Of a DNA stretch of 64,000 nt, positions 62,032 to 64,000 are shown piece by piece. A model generated the notes under the pieces. It was not told the origin of the DNA. It saw nothing but the letters and a program-made list of their open reading frames with translations, and did not search any database. The position numbers and the translations under genes were made by a program. Location: the IMG/VR virus record IMGVR_UViG_3300044645_002359, positions 62,001 through 126,000 of that record; one strand, written 5' to 3'. Within the stretch, counting starts at the first letter, position 1. Each line of letters starts with the position of its first letter.

Positions 62032-64000
62032 ATGGCAACTTTTTCATTCGGCACCGGAGTAGTTCCCGGCGCCCCTGGCACATACATCAACGAACGTGTT
62101 GGTAACGTAGCTTCAGCAGGAATCGCCTCTTTCAGCACTACTTACTTGTTGGTAGAAACTGAGGAAGACGTTCCAACCACACGCTTCCCCTTCAATAAGC
62201 CTGTTCCGGTATCTTCTCTACCCGACTACAAAGTACTAGTCGGTGGAGTGCCTGAAACTCGCATTCCCCTGCTAAGCTACAACTGCGTAAATTCTTTCTT
62301 CTCCAATGCACAAGTCGGCGATCTTCGGGTCGTTAGAGTTGGTACTCCGAATCAAATCGTAGAAATTGAGATTCTTCCTTCAGGATCAAAAATCAGCAAC
62401 TCGGGTTTGCCTTCCTCTTTACAAGCTGGAGATATAGTTTACGCTCAGCTTATTCTTAACGGCTTGAAACTTGTTGCCGGTGACGGCTCTACAGGTTACA
62501 CCTCCGAAGGAGAGTGGTTGGGTGTACCAACAGTTATCCCTGTCGACTATATTCCTGGAGACGAGGTAAATAATCGTAAAATTTCCGCTGCTATCTCAAG
62601 CGCTATCGCAGCAGCTATCGAGAGCAACCCTAGCGTTCGTAGTGCTATTTACGTCCGCGACTCTGGTCTCGTTAACGACTTGCTTCCTTCTTCCAACTCT
62701 GAAAACGGTTACATTACGATTGCAGCATCTACCTATGACGGCAACGTATCTGTAGTAACTGAGCAGCTTCCCGTTGGGGCTGAATATGTTCTGATGCAAA
62801 ATGCTTACGTAGTTCAGAACATCGTGGGCCTTCAAAATAACTTGGAGAGAGTTCCCCAAGATTATATTCAGTGCATCAATACCGCTTTTGACGGTCAGGT
62901 AAACCAAGGTTATCTTGCAACTCCGACCGCTTATGCCCAGTTCGATGCGGAAGGGCGTGCAGCAGTCGGTGCCGCAGCAGCAGCGCATTGTCAAGACAAC
63001 AACTTCAAGTGGATGGCGGTTGCTGATGCGGGTCCTTTTCTTGTTACCGATATTAACAAGTACAAGGAATATACATCCCATCAACCTGCAGATGACCTTG
63101 TAACAGACAATTTGTACCTGGTAGATAATGCCATGTACAAGTGGATTGGAAACGATGTTACTTACGATCGTCTAAAGTATCAAACTCTTGTGCAAGGTTA
63201 CGATCCTAAGGTTGCGATTCAAAGCTCCGTGGAAGGTGTAGCGGATGACGAGAAAGTAGGTCTTCTTGACCTTGCAAAGTTCACAGCAACTTCAACTTCT
63301 CCTTTAGCTCAACTTGGAGTTTTCCTCTTAGACTCAAATACAATTTGGCCCGTAGATTACCAAATTCAACTGGTAACCCTGAGTGACCTTGGCGCCGACT
63401 TCTTGCCTCTTCTCCCAGTTGGAGAAACTTCGGTTGAGGTTTACTTCGTAGCACCGCCTTTCAATAGCGCATTGTACGGACCTTACCCCTCAGACGGTTC
63501 TGATCAGTTTGTCTATATCGCTCAAACGGCTGCTGAAGCTGTTTCTATCCTAACAGAAGTCACTGCTCTTGGCGGTACTGCTTTAGCTTTAGACGCAACT
63601 CTGACCCCTACCGGCGCATTCAACGTTGTAACTCCTACCACGAGTACAGCAGCAGCGACTTACACCACTCCTCAGTGGAATTTGCCTGTAACGATTGAGG
63701 GTCAAACTTCTAACTTGATTCACAATTTAACTGGTGCTTCCACCTACGTGAATACACTTCACCTTCCTGGAAGTTTACAAGAGCCTACAGAAGAGTATCG
63801 TCTTGCCTTTGTGAGCAGAACTCTGTTTGATCCCGACGCTGTTCTTTCTTCAAGTACAGTGTCTGGCTATACCGGTGCTGCTTCTTTCGAGGTCGTTTCA
63901 CACAAACTGGTGAATGGGCAAAAGCTTTACTTCACTCAGCCGATCTTGAACAATTCTTCAACCTTGTTCAAGGCTACTTTGAGAAACAGCCTTCAAGCTT
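62032..64000 (+). CDS. Contractile tail sheath protein, truncated by window end (not in ORF track)
   Basis: AGGAGG SD; GAPGTYINE, VNSFFSN, LRVVRV; frame read open to 64000. Confidence 0.8.
   Translation, partial: MATFSFGTGVVPGAPGTYINERVGNVASAGIASFSTTYLLVETEEDVPTTRFPFNKPVPVSSLPDYKVLVGGVPETRIPLLSYNCVNSFFSNAQVGDLRVVRVGTPNQIVEIEILPSGSKISNSGLPSSLQAGDIVYAQLILNGLKLVAGDGSTGYTSEGEWLGVPTVIPVDYIPGDEVNNRKISAAISSAIAAAIESNPSVRSAIYVRDSGLVNDLLPSSNSENGYITIAASTYDGNVSVVTEQLPVGAEYVLMQNAYVVQNIVGLQNNLERVPQDYIQCINTAFDGQVNQGYLATPTAYAQFDAEGRAAVGAAAAAHCQDNNFKWMAVADAGPFLVTDINKYKEYTSHQPADDLVTDNLYLVDNAMYKWIGNDVTYDRLKYQTLVQGYDPKVAIQSSVEGVADDEKVGLLDLAKFTATSTSPLAQLGVFLLDSNTIWPVDYQIQLVTLSDLGADFLPLLPVGETSVEVYFVAPPFNSALYGPYPSDGSDQFVYIAQTAAEAVSILTEVTALGGTALALDATLTPTGAFNVVTPTTSTAAATYTTPQWNLPVTIEGQTSNLIHNLTGASTYVNTLHLPGSLQEPTEEYRLAFVSRTLFDPDAVLSSSTVSGYTGAASFEVVSHKLVNGQKLYFTQPILNNSSTLFKATLRNSLQA

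Overview
64 kb of a large, almost entirely plus-strand myovirus genome. The host is very probably a (freshwater) picocyanobacterium, judging from a TIGR03792-like gene, DUF1517, a VPGPLP sorting tail and glutamine-riboswitch-like RNAs. A mitochondrial pol-gamma-like family A DNA polymerase suggests an S-TIM5-like, non-T4 cyanomyovirus lineage. Layout: three tRNAs plus nucleotide and RNA-repair enzymes (1-18 kb); a putative DNA hypermodification locus (18.7-29.3 kb); a vanadium-haloperoxidase-like gene; a hyperplastic array of small paralogous ORFs with an HDAC (32-48 kb); DUF1517, GyrA/ParC-like and pol-gamma-like genes; and the start of the tail module. The hypermodification locus is the best candidate for a new system. 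It joins two TET/JBP-like dioxygenases, an aGPT-PPase2-like transferase and a P-loop kinase to a coupled ATP-grasp/GATase/two-amidoligase operon. Non-coding structure includes a fixed-geometry operator + sigma70 + leaderless-ATG promoter module (9 long, 2 short copies), a GGGTAAAA motif, tandem riboswitch-like aptamers and an odd tRNA-Ile(UAU). Several single-base homopolymer frameshifts suggest assembly indel errors. All family calls are by eye from motifs; no searches were run.
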